Source: Geosiphon pyriformis uo1 (taxonomy: Eukaryota; Fungi; Glomeromycota). From it: a stretch of 9,947 nt of DNA. Location of the stretch: assembly GCA_016748015.1 (NCBI GenBank), contig JAAOMT010000291.1, forward strand, positions 1-9,947. Direction: 5' to 3'. The notes under the pieces are model-generated. The model saw only the letters and a list, made by a program, of their open reading frames with translations, was not told the origin of the DNA and ran no database searches. Position numbers and translations under genes: made by a program. Below are positions 9,625 to 9,947 of the stretch, one piece after another. Within the stretch, counting starts at the first letter, position 1. Each line of letters starts with the position of its first letter.

Positions 9625-9947
9625 TTAAATTAGTTGAAAAACTATTTCAATAAAAAATATAATTTACACTAATTTGTTTTTAATATTTTGTAAAGTAAAA
9701 TTAAACAACAAATAAAATTATCCATTTCAGATTTTTTTACCAAAATTTTGTACAACAGCTTTAATAATAAAAAAATTAAAATTATTGAAAAAAAGTTTTT
9801 TTTTAACAGAATTTAAATACATCTTTACTAAACATCCTTACAATCAATATGAAATTATATATATATATATAATTTCATATTATTAATAAAAAACTTGGCA
9901 AAACAAAATAGAAAAGAATACACATATCTACAATAAATTACCAAAAC
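9625..9947 (-). repeat. Right arm of the perfect 323-bp terminal inverted repeat
   Basis: Exact reverse complement of 1-323; no mismatches or indels found. Confidence 0.97.
9846..9881. repeat. 36-bp perfect palindrome inside the right inverted-repeat arm
   Basis: Same self-complementary 36-mer as 67-102. Confidence 0.9.

Larger units (their letters stand above)
1..9947. mobile_element. Candidate non-autonomous TIR-bounded element (Pack-type) or invertible segment carrying kinase-Sel1 genes
   Basis: Long identical inverted repeats at both ends enclose host-type genes. No transposase ORF was recognised, and no target-site duplication can be seen because the flanks lie outside the window. Mobility is inference only. 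Confidence 0.3.

Overview
This is very AT-rich, intron-containing eukaryotic DNA, most consistent with a Glomeromycotina (arbuscular mycorrhizal) or related Mucoromycota fungus; the taxon is inferred from gene family, base composition and intron style. The window holds a head-to-tail, minus-strand array of tyrosine-kinase-like (TKL) kinase + Sel1-like-repeat genes. Copy A (4535->1686, 5 exons, 853 aa, 12 Sel1 repeats) has an intact frame but degenerate catalytic motifs and is a probable pseudokinase. Copy B (8962->6402, same exon structure) keeps canonical kinase motifs but is a pseudogene with stops and frameshifts. A third, heavily eroded relic may lie at ~640-1010. The window is bracketed by a perfect 323-bp inverted repeat (1-323 / 9625-9947) that runs to the first and last base and contains a 36-bp perfect palindrome. 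No transposase, integrase or polymerase was recognised inside. This could be a non-autonomous TIR element carrying kinase-Sel1 cargo, an invertible or linear segment, or an assembly/amplification artefact; flanking sequence is needed to decide.
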